This document shows positions 18,718-28,595 of a stretch of DNA of 64,000 bases, piece after piece. Source of the DNA: Acidobacteriota bacterium (GTDB lineage: Bacteria > Acidobacteriota > Vicinamibacteria > Marinacidobacterales > Marinacidobacteraceae); contig VXNL01000044.1 in NCBI GenBank assembly GCA_009840635.1, positions 7,268 through 71,267 of the forward strand, in the 5' to 3' direction. Numbering within the stretch: the first letter of the stretch is position 1; each line of letters opens with the position of its first letter. The notes beneath the pieces are model-generated. The model was not told the DNA's origin and made no database searches. It saw only the letters and a program-made list of their open reading frames with translations. The position numbers and the translations under genes were made by a program.

Positions 18718-19692
18718 CTATCTGCCCGGTAGCGCCTGGTCCGCGGGAAAGAAGATGTAGCGGCGGTAGATCTCGTCGTGGAGCCCGCGGGACAGCCGGC
18801 GCACCTCGGCGAGCGTGCCCGCGAGGTCCTCCCGGTCCTGGGATCCGTAGACGAGGAGCGCCCGAAGCTGACCGGCGATCCGGTGCGCAGCCTGCAACGG
18901 GTGGCGGGCGCCGCCAGCCGGGTCGATGCGGCCCAGGCCGTTCCGGATCTCCTCGGCGGCGAAGCGCAGGGTGTGGGGTGACTCCGGTTCGTGGATCAGG
19001 AAGGTCATCACCTTCCAGGGATCGATCTCGGGCGTGTAGTGGCGGCAGTAGGGCTCGAAACTGGCGCAGCTCCGGAGCAGCAGCGACCAGTCCAGGTCGG
19101 TGTCCTCGTCGTCCAGGGCCGGGCGGTAGTTGTCGAGGATCTCGGTGGTGACCTGGATGCGCTCCATGAACCGCCCGAGCCGGATGAAGTCCCAGGCGAG
19201 TCCGTGCCGGAGGCCGTTGTCGGTCACCCCCCGGAAGAGGTAGATCTGCGCGGAGGTCTCCTTGTAGAAGTTCTCGGGTTCCTTGTTCCAGAAGAAGTGC
19301 AGTTGCGTGTCGCGGAGCGAGAGGTAGGTCCGGTTGAGCTGACCCCACATCTCCTGGGTAATTTCCTGCCGCGCCTGCCGCGCGTTCTCTCGCGACATGC
19401 CCCACAGGGACACCATCGAGCCGGGGTTGTCGTGTTCGAAACTCATGAAGTCCGCGAGCGTGTAGGCGTCGGCGAGCAGGAACGAGTCCTCGAGCTGGTC
19501 GCTGTAGAGCGGGTCGCCGCCCGGTGGCGTCACCTTCAGGCTGCGGAAGAGCCGGGTCCAGCCGGCAGCTACCTGGGCGGAGGTGTTGTCGGTCACCGAG
19601 CGCACCTGGACTCCCAGAAGCCGGATGGTCTGGTCCGACCGCTCCAGGTAGCGGCTCATCCAGTAGAGGTTGTCGGCGACGCGGGCGAGCAT
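18718..19692 (-). CDS. alpha-E domain protein (DUF403)
   Basis: N-terminus LARVADNLYWMSRYLER. 324 aa. Overlaps the ATP-grasp gene stop by 4 nt. Confidence 0.85.
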   Translation of the reverse strand: MLARVADNLYWMSRYLERSDQTIRLLGVQVRSVTDNTSAQVAAGWTRLFRSLKVTPPGGDPLYSDQLEDSFLLADAYTLADFMSFEHDNPGSMVSLWGMSRENARQARQEITQEMWGQLNRTYLSLRDTQLHFFWNKEPENFYKETSAQIYLFRGVTDNGLRHGLAWDFIRLGRFMERIQVTTEILDNYRPALDDEDTDLDWSLLLRSCASFEPYCRHYTPEIDPWKVMTFLIHEPESPHTLRFAAEEIRNGLGRIDPAGGARHPLQAAHRIAGQLRALLVYGSQDREDLAGTLAEVRRLSRGLHDEIYRRYIFFPADQALPGR

Positions 19693-19694
19693 GA

Positions 19695-21191
19695 TTACCC
19701 GTCCGCCTCCGCCGGCGTCTCGCCCGCCTCCGGCACGTCCACGATCCAGGCGTCCTTGGAGCCGCCGCCCTGGCTGGAGTTCACCACCAGGCTGCCCTTC
19801 TTGAGCGCCACCCGGCAGAGGCCGCCGGGGACGATCTCGGTCCGTTCCGATTGCAGAATGAACGGCCGGAGGTCCACGTGGCGCGGCTCGATATGGGCCC
19901 CGACGAGACAGGGGGCCCGGGACAGCGCGAGCGTCGGCTGGGAGATGTAGTTGTCCGGGTTGGCCCGAAGCGCCGCCGCGAACTCCTTCCGCTCGGTCCT
20001 CGAGGCGTGGGGACCGACCAGCATCCCGTAGCCGCCGGACTCGCCCACCATCTTCACGACCAGCTTGTCCAGGTTGGCGAGGGTGTAGGCGAGCCCCTCC
20101 CGCTCACGGCAGAGGGTGGTCGGGATCGGTTTGATGATCGATTCCTCGCCCAGGTAGTACTTGATGATGCGCGGCACGTAGGCATAGACGGCCTTGTCGT
20201 CGGCGACGCCAGTCCCGGGGGCGTTCGCGATCACCACCCGGCCCGCCCGGTACGCGTGGAACAGCCCGGGCACGCCGAGCACCGAGTCCTCGCGGAAGGT
20301 GACCGGGTCGATGAAGTCGTCATCGATGCGCCGGTAGATCACGTCCACCTGCCGGAGCCCGGCCGTCGTCCGCATGTACACCCGCCGGTTGTGAACGAGC
20401 AGGTCCCGTCCCTCGACGAGTTCGATGCCCATCTGGCGGGCCAGGAAGGCGTGCTCGTAGTAGGCCGAGTTGTAGACGCCCGGAGTGAGCAGGACGATGC
20501 TCGGATCGCTCACCTGCGGCGGCGCGAGCGACCGGAGCGTCTCGAGCAGCCGCCGGCTGTAGTGCTCCACGTCCCGGACCCGCGAACGACGGAAAAGCCG
20601 CGGCATGCTGCGCTTGATCGCGTCCCGGCAGGCGAGCATGTAGCTGACGCCGGACGGCACGCGGAGGTTGTCTTCGAGGACCGCGAACCCGTCGTGGGTG
20701 CGCACGAGGTCGGTGCCGCACACCGAGACGTAGGCGCCGTGGGGGACCTCGACGCCGCGCATCTCGATCCGGTAGTGCTTGTTCCCGTATACCAGTTCGG
20801 CGGGAATCACCCCGTCGCGGACGATGTGGCCCTCGTGGTAGATGTCGTGGAGGAAGAGGTTGAGCGCCCGGAGCCGCTGTTCCAGCCCGCGGGCCACTTC
20901 GTCCCATTCGTCGCCGCGGACGATCCGGGGGAGGCAGTCGATCGGGAAGACGCGCTCGATGGTCTGCTCGTCGCCGTAGACGGTGAAGGTGATCCCCTCG
21001 TGAAGGAACGAGCGCGTGACCCGCTCCTGAATCTGCCTCAGATCGTCGGGCGGGGTCTCGCGGATGGTCTCGAAAAAATCGGCGCAGTGCCGGCGCGGGG
21101 ACCCGTCGCCGTCGAACATCTCGTCGTAGAACGTCGAGTCGTGGTCGTACTGGCGGAACGCGGGAGCGGCGGTCGCCGCGACTGGGATCAT
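19695..21191 (-). CDS. circularly permuted type-2 ATP-grasp protein
   Basis: 498 aa with CP_ATPgrasp_2 features and typical gene order with alpha-E and transglutaminase genes. Confidence 0.85.
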   Translation of the reverse strand: MIPVAATAAPAFRQYDHDSTFYDEMFDGDGSPRRHCADFFETIRETPPDDLRQIQERVTRSFLHEGITFTVYGDEQTIERVFPIDCLPRIVRGDEWDEVARGLEQRLRALNLFLHDIYHEGHIVRDGVIPAELVYGNKHYRIEMRGVEVPHGAYVSVCGTDLVRTHDGFAVLEDNLRVPSGVSYMLACRDAIKRSMPRLFRRSRVRDVEHYSRRLLETLRSLAPPQVSDPSIVLLTPGVYNSAYYEHAFLARQMGIELVEGRDLLVHNRRVYMRTTAGLRQVDVIYRRIDDDFIDPVTFREDSVLGVPGLFHAYRAGRVVIANAPGTGVADDKAVYAYVPRIIKYYLGEESIIKPIPTTLCREREGLAYTLANLDKLVVKMVGESGGYGMLVGPHASRTERKEFAAALRANPDNYISQPTLALSRAPCLVGAHIEPRHVDLRPFILQSERTEIVPGGLCRVALKKGSLVVNSSQGGGSKDAWIVDVPEAGETPAEADG

Positions 21192-21242
21192 GGGAGGGTC
21201 AACCCGTCGGGCACCGGACGGTATCCGACGTTCATCGAGGCG

Positions 21243-22547
21243 TCAGGCCGACTTCGGGAGGCCGTTCCGCGCGACATCCTCGTACACATTACAGAAGTAG
21301 TCGAGTTCGGCCATGGTCGTGTAGAGGTTCGGCGTGATCCGAAGTCCCTGGAACTCCTCGTGCATGATGGGCGTGACGATGATGTGGTGCTTCTCCCAGA
21401 AGTAGTCGCGGAGCCGGGGCGGCTCGACCGTCGTCAGGTTGATGTTGCCGATGGCGCAGCTCAACCTGGGGTTGCGCGAGGTGTGGAGTTCGGTGTTCGG
21501 GAGCGCCGAGAGGCGATCGGCCCAGGTGTCCTTCAGATAGCGGAGCCGGGCCTCCTTGTTCTTCGCTCCCACCGTGTTGTGGAAGGTGATCGCCTCTCCG
21601 ACGGCCACGAAGTTGGCGGCGGGATGGGTGCCGATCTCCTCGTACTTGCGGATGTCTTCGTCCATGCGCTCGGGGGCCGGCATCATGGGCCAGATCTTCG
21701 GGATCTTGTCCTTCTTCACGTAGAGCATCCCGGTGCCCTTGGGGGCGAGCAGCCACTTGTGAAGGCTGGTGCCGAAGTAGTCGCAGCCGATGTCCTCGAG
21801 CTTGAAATCGAACTGGGCGAACGAGTGCGCCCCGTCCACCATGACCTCGATGCCGCGTTCGCGGGCCACGTCGCAGACCGCCTTCACCGGCAGGATCTGC
21901 CCGGTGAGGTTGATCTGGTGGGACATCAGGATGATCCGGGTCCTGTCGGTGATGGCGCCCCGGAATCCCTCCACGACCTCTTCGTCGGTCTCCGCCGGGG
22001 TCGGGATCTGGATGAACTTGAGATCGATGCCCTCGCGGCGCACCCGCTGGCGGATGGTGGTGAGCATCCGCCCGTAGTCCTGGGTGGTGGTGAGGATCTC
22101 GTCGCCGGACTGGAGGTCCATGCCCAGCAGCAGAATCTCCATGGCTTCCGAGGTGTTCCTGACCAGCGCGACCTCCTCGGGGTCGCATCCGAACAGCACT
22201 GCGAGCCGCTGGCGGACGTTCTCCTTCCGGGGCTGGAGGATCTGCCACATCGTGTAGACGGGGGCTTGTTCGGATTCCCAGATGTAGCGGACGAACGCCT
22301 CGGTCACCATCCGGGGTGAGGGGCAGACCCCGCCGTTGTTCAGGTTGATGATCGAGCGGGTGACGCTGAACGCCTGCTGGATCTCGCTCCAGTAGTTCTC
22401 GTCACGGGCGAGGTCTTCGGGGCTCGTTCCCACGGTCCGCTGCGCCGCGGCCTCGACGGTCCGGATCGTTTCGGGGCCGAACAGGGTGGTGACGAGGGCG
22501 GCGCCGCCCGCTTCGCCTACCGAGGAAAGAAACCGCCTGCGCCGCAT
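21243..22547 (-). CDS. aminotransferase class V (isopenicillin-N-epimerase / cysteine-desulfurase-like) with TAT signal
   Basis: MRRRRFLSSVGEAGGAAL TAT motif. PLP-fold region with SLHKWL (Lys in the SxHK context). 434 aa. Confidence 0.75.
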   Translation of the reverse strand: MRRRRFLSSVGEAGGAALVTTLFGPETIRTVEAAAQRTVGTSPEDLARDENYWSEIQQAFSVTRSIINLNNGGVCPSPRMVTEAFVRYIWESEQAPVYTMWQILQPRKENVRQRLAVLFGCDPEEVALVRNTSEAMEILLLGMDLQSGDEILTTTQDYGRMLTTIRQRVRREGIDLKFIQIPTPAETDEEVVEGFRGAITDRTRIILMSHQINLTGQILPVKAVCDVARERGIEVMVDGAHSFAQFDFKLEDIGCDYFGTSLHKWLLAPKGTGMLYVKKDKIPKIWPMMPAPERMDEDIRKYEEIGTHPAANFVAVGEAITFHNTVGAKNKEARLRYLKDTWADRLSALPNTELHTSRNPRLSCAIGNINLTTVEPPRLRDYFWEKHHIIVTPIMHEEFQGLRITPNLYTTMAELDYFCNVYEDVARNGLPKSA

Positions 22548-22708
22548 CGTCGACTCCTTGAGGAACCCGAAATCCGGTCCGGAATGGGTGGATGGGGGCC
22601 CCGAATTCGGCGGAATTTACCACCGGGACCGGGTACGCCCGCCGGTCCGCCGGCGTGCCGCGGCACCCGCGGGCGGATGGTGAACGCTGGATTCACTACC
22701 ATCCCGGA

Positions 22709-24235
22709 ATGCTCGACGCACTCTCCGACCTGCTGCGCCGGATGCCCCCGATCTTCGATACGACCGTGGGTCACCTGGTCATCGCGCTGGGTGTCCTGGT
22801 GGCCGCTTTCGGTTTCGCGCTGGTGGTGGTCATCCTGCTCCGCCGGGCCCTTTTCCGGCTGGGCCTTCGCGAACGGATCGCGTCCCGGGTCGCCGGCGGC
22901 GTCCGGCTGGCGCTCGGTCCCGAACGGGCCTCCCAGCAGGACGTCGAGGCGATCGCCGGCCGGATCGTCTTCTGGGGGCTCCTGATCCTGGTCGTGGCGG
23001 GAGTCGCGTCGGTCGTGGACCTCTCGGCGGTCGGGGGCATCGGCGGGACGCTGCTGGGCCGCATCATGGGGATGGTCGCCCAGTTGGGGCGGGCGCTCGT
23101 CCTGCTTCTCGCGGCCTGGTTCCTGGCCGCGGTGCTCCGCCGCGCGGTGCGGGTGGCCCTCGAGGCGGCCGGCGTGGACGAGCGGCTCGACCGGGGGACC
23201 GAGCGGCCGCCGGGCCGGATCTCGCACGCCGTGCCCGAGATCGTCTACTGGGTCGTCCTCCTCCTGTTCCTGCCGCCGATCCTCGCGGCGCTGGACCTGG
23301 AGGGGGTGCTGCTGCCGATCGAGACGGTCGTGAACCAGGTCATCACCTTCCTGCCGAACGTGCTCGGCGCCATCATCATCTTCCTCGTCGGGTGGTTCAT
23401 CGCCCGGATCGCGAAGGCCGTGGTGACGAACCTGCTCGCCGCGGTGGGGCTCGACCGGGCGGCGGAGAAGCTCGGGCTCCGGCGGATCCTGGGTTCGCGG
23501 ACGCCGTCGGCGCTGATCGGCGGCATCACCTATCTGCTGGTGCTCTTCCCGGTGATCCTGACCGGGCTCGACCGTTTGAGCCTCGACGTGATCACGCGGC
23601 CGGCGAGCGACATGCTCGGGCGGGTCTTCAGCGCGCTGCCGCTCCTGCTGGTGGCGGTGGCGCTCCTGCTCACCGCCTACGTGGTGGGCCGTGTCATCGC
23701 GAACCTGACCCGGGATCTCCTCCAGCAGGCCGGCTTCGACCACGTCCTGACCCGGATCGGGTTGACCAGCACCGCGACGGCCGACGACCACACGGCCTCG
23801 AACGTGGTGCGGGTGATCGTGCTGGCGCTCATCATGCTGTTCGCGAGCATCGAGGCGGCGAGCCTGGTGGGCTTCGACAACGCGGCGGGGCTGCTCACCC
23901 GGCTCCTCCAGTTCACCGGCCAGTTCCTGCTGGGAGTCGTGTTCCTGGGCTTCGGGGTCTTCCTGGCGAACCTGTCGGCGCGCGCCATCAGCGCCAGCCG
24001 GGTCCCGCAGGCGCGGCTCCTCGCGCTGGCGGCGCGGGTGGGCATCCTGCTGTTCACGACCGCGGTGGGCCTCCGCCAGATGGGCATCGCCAACGAGATC
24101 ATCGAGCTGGCCTTCGGCATCGTGCTGGGCGCGGTGGCGGTGGCGTTCGCGGTGGCTTTCGGCCTCGGCGGCCGGGACGCCGCGGCCCGGCAGATCGAGC
24201 GCTGGCAGTCACGGATCTCGGACGAGGATCGGTAG
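22709..24235 (+). CDS. integral membrane protein with repeated conserved TM-helix motifs (MscS N-terminal-like)
   Basis: Multiple hydrophobic helices with recurring LLxxxVxxLDL, GL and R patterns. No MscS beta-domain was recognised. ATG at 22709. Confidence 0.5.
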   Translation: MLDALSDLLRRMPPIFDTTVGHLVIALGVLVAAFGFALVVVILLRRALFRLGLRERIASRVAGGVRLALGPERASQQDVEAIAGRIVFWGLLILVVAGVASVVDLSAVGGIGGTLLGRIMGMVAQLGRALVLLLAAWFLAAVLRRAVRVALEAAGVDERLDRGTERPPGRISHAVPEIVYWVVLLLFLPPILAALDLEGVLLPIETVVNQVITFLPNVLGAIIIFLVGWFIARIAKAVVTNLLAAVGLDRAAEKLGLRRILGSRTPSALIGGITYLLVLFPVILTGLDRLSLDVITRPASDMLGRVFSALPLLLVAVALLLTAYVVGRVIANLTRDLLQQAGFDHVLTRIGLTSTATADDHTASNVVRVIVLALIMLFASIEAASLVGFDNAAGLLTRLLQFTGQFLLGVVFLGFGVFLANLSARAISASRVPQARLLALAARVGILLFTTAVGLRQMGIANEIIELAFGIVLGAVAVAFAVAFGLGGRDAAARQIERWQSRISDEDR

Positions 24236-24241
24236 GGGCCT

Positions 24242-26302
24242 GTGGACAGTTCGCCAGGGAGCTTTTCCTGGCGCGGCCGGGTCATCCGCCGCGCCGCGAT
24301 CATCGGCTCGGGTCAGATCGGACCCGACATCGCCCTTCACCTGGTCAAGACCCTCTCCCCCCACGGGGTGGAGACGGTGGTACTGGACATCGCGGAAGCC
24401 GCTCTCGAGGCGGGCCGCCGCAAGATGTTCGGCAAGATCGACAAGGGAGTCCGGTCGGGCGCGTTCCGGGATTCCCAGGCCGAGCGGATGCGCGGCTCCG
24501 TCGAGTTCACGAGCGACTACGGCCGGCTCGCGGGGGTGGACCTGGTCATCGAGGCGGCGTCCGAGAACCTGGCGATCAAGCGGCGCATCTTCGCGTCGGC
24601 GGAGGATCTCGCCGGTCCCGAGGCGGTGCTGCTCTCGAACTCCTCCCACATCGAGCCGTCCCGCATCTTTTCCGAGCTTGCCGAACCGGGCCGCGCGGTG
24701 GTGGCTCACTACTTCTTCCCGGCGGAGCGCAACCCGGTCGTGGAGATCGTCGCCGCCGAACCCGCCCGCGGGCTCGTGCCGTGGCTGCTCGGGTTCTACG
24801 AGGAGATCGGCAAGGTGCCGGTGGCCGTCGAGAGCCGGTTCGGCCACGCCCTGAACCCCATCTTCGAAGGGCTCTTCCTCGCGGCGGCGCTTGCGGTCGA
24901 AGAAGGGCTCGGGACGTCGAAGGAGGTGGACGACGTCGCCCGCCGGGCGCTCCGCCTCGGGATCGGGCCGTTCACCGCCATGAACCTCACCGGCGGCAAC
25001 CCGATCACCTACGAGGGTTTCTCCGAGATGCACGAGCGTCTCCACCCCTGGTTCCGGGTCCCGCGGCTGCTCGAGGAGGCGGTGGCGGAGGAGGGGCCCA
25101 CCGGCCGGGTGTGGGACGTGCCAGCGCGCGGTGAGGAGGTTTTCGTTCCCGGGGACCGCCGGAAACGCATCGAGGAACGGATCACCGCCGCGTATCTGGG
25201 ACTTGCCGCCTGGACCGCTGCGGACGGAGCGATCTCGGTCCCGGATCTGGACATGGCGTGCCATCTCGCCCTGGCGGTGGTGCATCCGTTCGGACTGATG
25301 CGGAAGCTGGGGGCGGCGCGGGTTTCGGAGCTCGTCGCCTCCTACCGGCAGCAGGAGCCGGACTTCTTCGATCCCGCCGGGTTCGCCGAACACCTGCCCG
25401 AGTGGACATCCCGGCGGGTCTCCCGGGTGGGCCGGCGCGACGTTCCGGCGGGGCCGGGCCGAGTGGCGGTGCTGACCATCCGCCGCCCGGAGGTGCTCGG
25501 CGCGCTCGACGAGGACATCTTCCGGGAACTGGACGCCCACGGTGCCGACGTGGCGGCGGACGACCGGATCCTCGGGATGGTGATCACCGGATTCGGGGTG
25601 AAGGCGTTCGTTTCGGGCGCCGACGTGCGGACGCTGGCGCGGATCGCGAGCCCGGAGGACGGAGAGCGGCTCTCCCGCGCCTCGCACGAAGTCCTGAACC
25701 GGATCGCCGGTCTCGGGAAGCCGGTCGTCTGCGCCCTGAACGGGATGGCGGTCGGCGGCGGCAACGAGCTGGCCATGGCCTGCCACGCCCGGATCGGCCG
25801 GGAGGGACTCAGGGTGCTCGCGATGCAACCGGAGCCGAACCTCGGCATCATCCCGGGCGCCGGGGGCACCCAGCGGTTGCCCCGGCTCATCGGGGTGGAG
25901 GCGGCCTGGGAGATCCTCCGGACCGGACGTCCGGTCTCGGCGGCGGAGGCGCTCGAACTCGGGCTGGTCAGCGAGCTGGTCCCGGGCGAGCGGCTCAGGG
26001 ACCGGGCGGTCCAGGTCGTCGCCGAAGCCGCGCGCGGCGAACGCGTGCTGCCGCCGATGCCTGCGGGACCGATCCCCACACCAGGGGCGTGTCCGGACGT
26101 GGACCTCGGCCATCTCTCCCTCGCGGTGGACGGGTTCATCCAGCGGGCGGTCCGTGAGGGCGCCGCGATGGATCTCGCCGACGGACTGGAGCACGAGATA
26201 CGACTCTTCGGTGAGGGTTGCGCGCTCGAGGACATGCGGATCGGGGTCCGGAACTTCATCGAGAACGGCCCCCGGACCCCGGCAACCTTCGTCCACCGCT
26301 AG
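24242..26302 (+). CDS. 3-hydroxyacyl-CoA dehydrogenase / enoyl-CoA hydratase fusion protein
   Basis: N-terminal NAD-binding IIGSGQIGPDIA of the 3HCDH domain. C-terminal crotonase fold (ALNGMAVGGGNELAMACH). Confidence 0.8.
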   Translation: MDSSPGSFSWRGRVIRRAAIIGSGQIGPDIALHLVKTLSPHGVETVVLDIAEAALEAGRRKMFGKIDKGVRSGAFRDSQAERMRGSVEFTSDYGRLAGVDLVIEAASENLAIKRRIFASAEDLAGPEAVLLSNSSHIEPSRIFSELAEPGRAVVAHYFFPAERNPVVEIVAAEPARGLVPWLLGFYEEIGKVPVAVESRFGHALNPIFEGLFLAAALAVEEGLGTSKEVDDVARRALRLGIGPFTAMNLTGGNPITYEGFSEMHERLHPWFRVPRLLEEAVAEEGPTGRVWDVPARGEEVFVPGDRRKRIEERITAAYLGLAAWTAADGAISVPDLDMACHLALAVVHPFGLMRKLGAARVSELVASYRQQEPDFFDPAGFAEHLPEWTSRRVSRVGRRDVPAGPGRVAVLTIRRPEVLGALDEDIFRELDAHGADVAADDRILGMVITGFGVKAFVSGADVRTLARIASPEDGERLSRASHEVLNRIAGLGKPVVCALNGMAVGGGNELAMACHARIGREGLRVLAMQPEPNLGIIPGAGGTQRLPRLIGVEAAWEILRTGRPVSAAEALELGLVSELVPGERLRDRAVQVVAEAARGERVLPPMPAGPIPTPGACPDVDLGHLSLAVDGFIQRAVREGAAMDLADGLEHEIRLFGEGCALEDMRIGVRNFIENGPRTPATFVHR

Positions 26303-26373
26303 GAGCGCCGGTCTCCGGCCGGCATCGCGGCCAGAGGCCGCGAAACGCACGTCGCCAGCCCTGGCGTCTTCCC

Positions 26374-27297
26374 CTACTTCCCCAGGCTGTCCCAGATCTC
26401 CTTCATCCCCAGCCCGTAGGCAAGGCGGCGGAGCGCGTCGGTGGTCTTCAGGTCGAGCAGGATTCCCCGGGTGCGGCGTTCTTCCTCGACCGCGGCGGCT
26501 TCCTGCCCGGGATAGTCGATCCGCGCTCGCCGTAACTGGGCGAGCCGGTCCACCATCCGATTGCGGAAGCCGGCCCAGGGAGCGAAGGCGCGGACCCGAA
26601 AGGCGAGGAACAACTGCCCGGTCCCCCCGTGCACGGGTTCGGGCCGGGGCTCTGCGGTGAATTCCGCCGGGAGTGCGGCGCCCCCGAGACTGACGAGGAA
26701 TTCGAGCGCGAGCGCGAGCGCCAGATCCCGGTCGCCGCCCTCCGGGAAGCGCAGATTCAGCACGAGCGGTGCCGCCGTCTCAGCGGTCGGGACCGCGATG
26801 CCGAGCGCCACCGGTTGGGCAGCGATCGGAGAGGCGCCGGGTTCCGGGTGCTTTGGATCGCCGGCGATCGCGATCCCCGCCATCTGATGCGAGAGCGCCA
26901 GCGAAGCCGTGTGACCCGCCGAGCCGAGACGGTTGCCGCGCCGCACGGCGGTGCTCCCGACCCCGTGCCGGTTCGCGCCCCCGATGGCCTCGGTCATCGC
27001 CCGGTAGGCGACCGCCGGCCCCGGCCCATTGTCGCCGTCGAGCACCGCCGTTCCGCCCGAGGAGGCCACCAGCTTCATCTCCGGCGCGGTGTTCACGTGC
27101 CGGGTAGAGAGTTTCCGGGCCAGGTCGGGCAGCCAGGCCACTCCGTCACCGTCGTCGCCCGCCAGGTTGGCCGCCACCATCGCGTCCGCGGTCTGCGACG
27201 CCAATTCCGGCATCACCCGCAACCGCTTCAAGCTCTCCCGGACGAAGAAATGGAGCTGCCCGTGCCGGACCCGGAGTGGCAGTCCTTCGCCGCTCAC
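26374..27297 (-). CDS. Ldh_2 family (malate/L-lactate/sulfolactate/pyrroline-2-carboxylate reductase type) oxidoreductase
   Basis: N-terminal LHFFVRESLKRLRVMPELASQTADAMVAANLAGDDGDGV matches the family N-terminus. A GTG at 27297 overlaps the NSS transporter stop (GTGA). The protein is about 307 aa, shorter than typical members. Confidence 0.55.
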   Translation of the reverse strand: MSGEGLPLRVRHGQLHFFVRESLKRLRVMPELASQTADAMVAANLAGDDGDGVAWLPDLARKLSTRHVNTAPEMKLVASSGGTAVLDGDNGPGPAVAYRAMTEAIGGANRHGVGSTAVRRGNRLGSAGHTASLALSHQMAGIAIAGDPKHPEPGASPIAAQPVALGIAVPTAETAAPLVLNLRFPEGGDRDLALALALEFLVSLGGAALPAEFTAEPRPEPVHGGTGQLFLAFRVRAFAPWAGFRNRMVDRLAQLRRARIDYPGQEAAAVEEERRTRGILLDLKTTDALRRLAYGLGMKEIWDSLGK

Positions 27298-28595
27298 GAG
27301 AAGAGTTCCCGCAGCGTTCCGCTCCAGCCCCAGACCAGAATGACCACGATGGCCGCGGGGATGACCCAGCGGATCCAGAAGAGCCACAGGCCCCCGACGG
27401 GCTTCGTGGAGCCCCGGTTCGCCTCCGCGAGCGTCCGGCCCCGCGACACGAAGAACCCTAGACCGATCAGGGCGAGCGCCGAGCCGAGTGGCTGCAGGGT
27501 CGAGCCCCAGATCAGGTCGCTCCACGCCAGGTAGTCGGAGCTGACCATCGACGGCAGCGCCAGCGGGATCTGAACGGCGATTGCGGCGGCGACCACCCGT
27601 TGCCGGCTCCAGCCGGTCCAGGGGATCGCGGAGTTCACCACCACCTCTAGCCCCGCAAGCGCCGACAGGAAGGCAGCGAGGAAAAGGGTGATGAAGAACA
27701 CCGGGCCGAAGAACTCGCCGCCCGGCATGGACCCGAACGCGCGCGGCAACGTGAAGAAGAGCAACGGCGGTCCCGAGGCTGGTTCCACGCCGAGGGCGAA
27801 GGCTGCCGGCAGCACCGCGAGGCCGCCCAGGATGGCGGCGCCCGAATCGCCGAAAATCGTTGAACCCGCCAAGCGGCGCAGATTGGCGGTGGAGGGGAGG
27901 TAACTGCCGTAGGCGAGGAAGAAGGTGCCGCCGAGCGAGATGCTGAAGAACGCTTGGCCCAGCGCGGCGAGGAACGTCTGTGCCGTCACCCGGTCGAGGT
28001 CGGGCCAGAGCAGATAGCGGATCCCTTCGGAAGCGCCGGGGAGGGTGACCGAGCGGATGGCGACCACCACCAAGCCGATCGCGACGAGCGGCATCGCGAT
28101 CCGGGACAGGCGCTCGATGCCGCGCCGCACCCCGAAGGCGGCCACCAGGCCCATCGCCCCGAAGACGAGCACCGTAAGGCTGACGTTGAGCAGCGTCATT
28201 CCGCCGAAGTTCCGGGCGTAGAACGCCTCGGGCTCGGCGACCACGCCGCCGAGCGCGGCATAGAAGAGGACCTGGGCCACCACCACCGTGTAGTACGAGG
28301 TGGCCATGAAAACGGTCAGGAAGAGCAGACCGCCAACGAACCGGCCGCCCGGCATCCCGATCTTGGTGAAAGCCCCGCCGGGGCCCGCGCGGGTCAACCG
28401 GCCCAGGCTCCACTCGGCGATCACAGCCGGAGCACCGAGCACCAGGACGAACAGGAGGTAGACGGCGACGAAGGCCCCACCGCCGTATTGCCCCGCCATG
28501 TAGGGGAACCGCCAGACATTGGCGAGGCCCACGGCGACGCCGATCAGGGCCATCGCGCTTCCGAAGCGGGTCCCAAAGCGATCGGTTACGCCCAT
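27294..28595 (-). CDS. sodium-dependent transporter, neurotransmitter:sodium symporter (SNF/NSS) family
   Basis: The hallmark GLANVWRFPY motif is present, with 11-12 TM helices. Length is 433 aa. Confidence 0.85.
   Translation of the reverse strand: MGVTDRFGTRFGSAMALIGVAVGLANVWRFPYMAGQYGGGAFVAVYLLFVLVLGAPAVIAEWSLGRLTRAGPGGAFTKIGMPGGRFVGGLLFLTVFMATSYYTVVVAQVLFYAALGGVVAEPEAFYARNFGGMTLLNVSLTVLVFGAMGLVAAFGVRRGIERLSRIAMPLVAIGLVVVAIRSVTLPGASEGIRYLLWPDLDRVTAQTFLAALGQAFFSISLGGTFFLAYGSYLPSTANLRRLAGSTIFGDSGAAILGGLAVLPAAFALGVEPASGPPLLFFTLPRAFGSMPGGEFFGPVFFITLFLAAFLSALAGLEVVVNSAIPWTGWSRQRVVAAAIAVQIPLALPSMVSSDYLAWSDLIWGSTLQPLGSALALIGLGFFVSRGRTLAEANRGSTKPVGGLWLFWIRWVIPAAIVVILVWGWSGTLRELFS

Noticed and set aside
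26374-28413. Track ORF of 679 aa
   Set aside because: Only the C-terminal 307 codons (Ldh_2 enzyme) are plausible. The N-terminal 370 codons are an out-of-frame overlap of the NSS transporter gene with junk composition.
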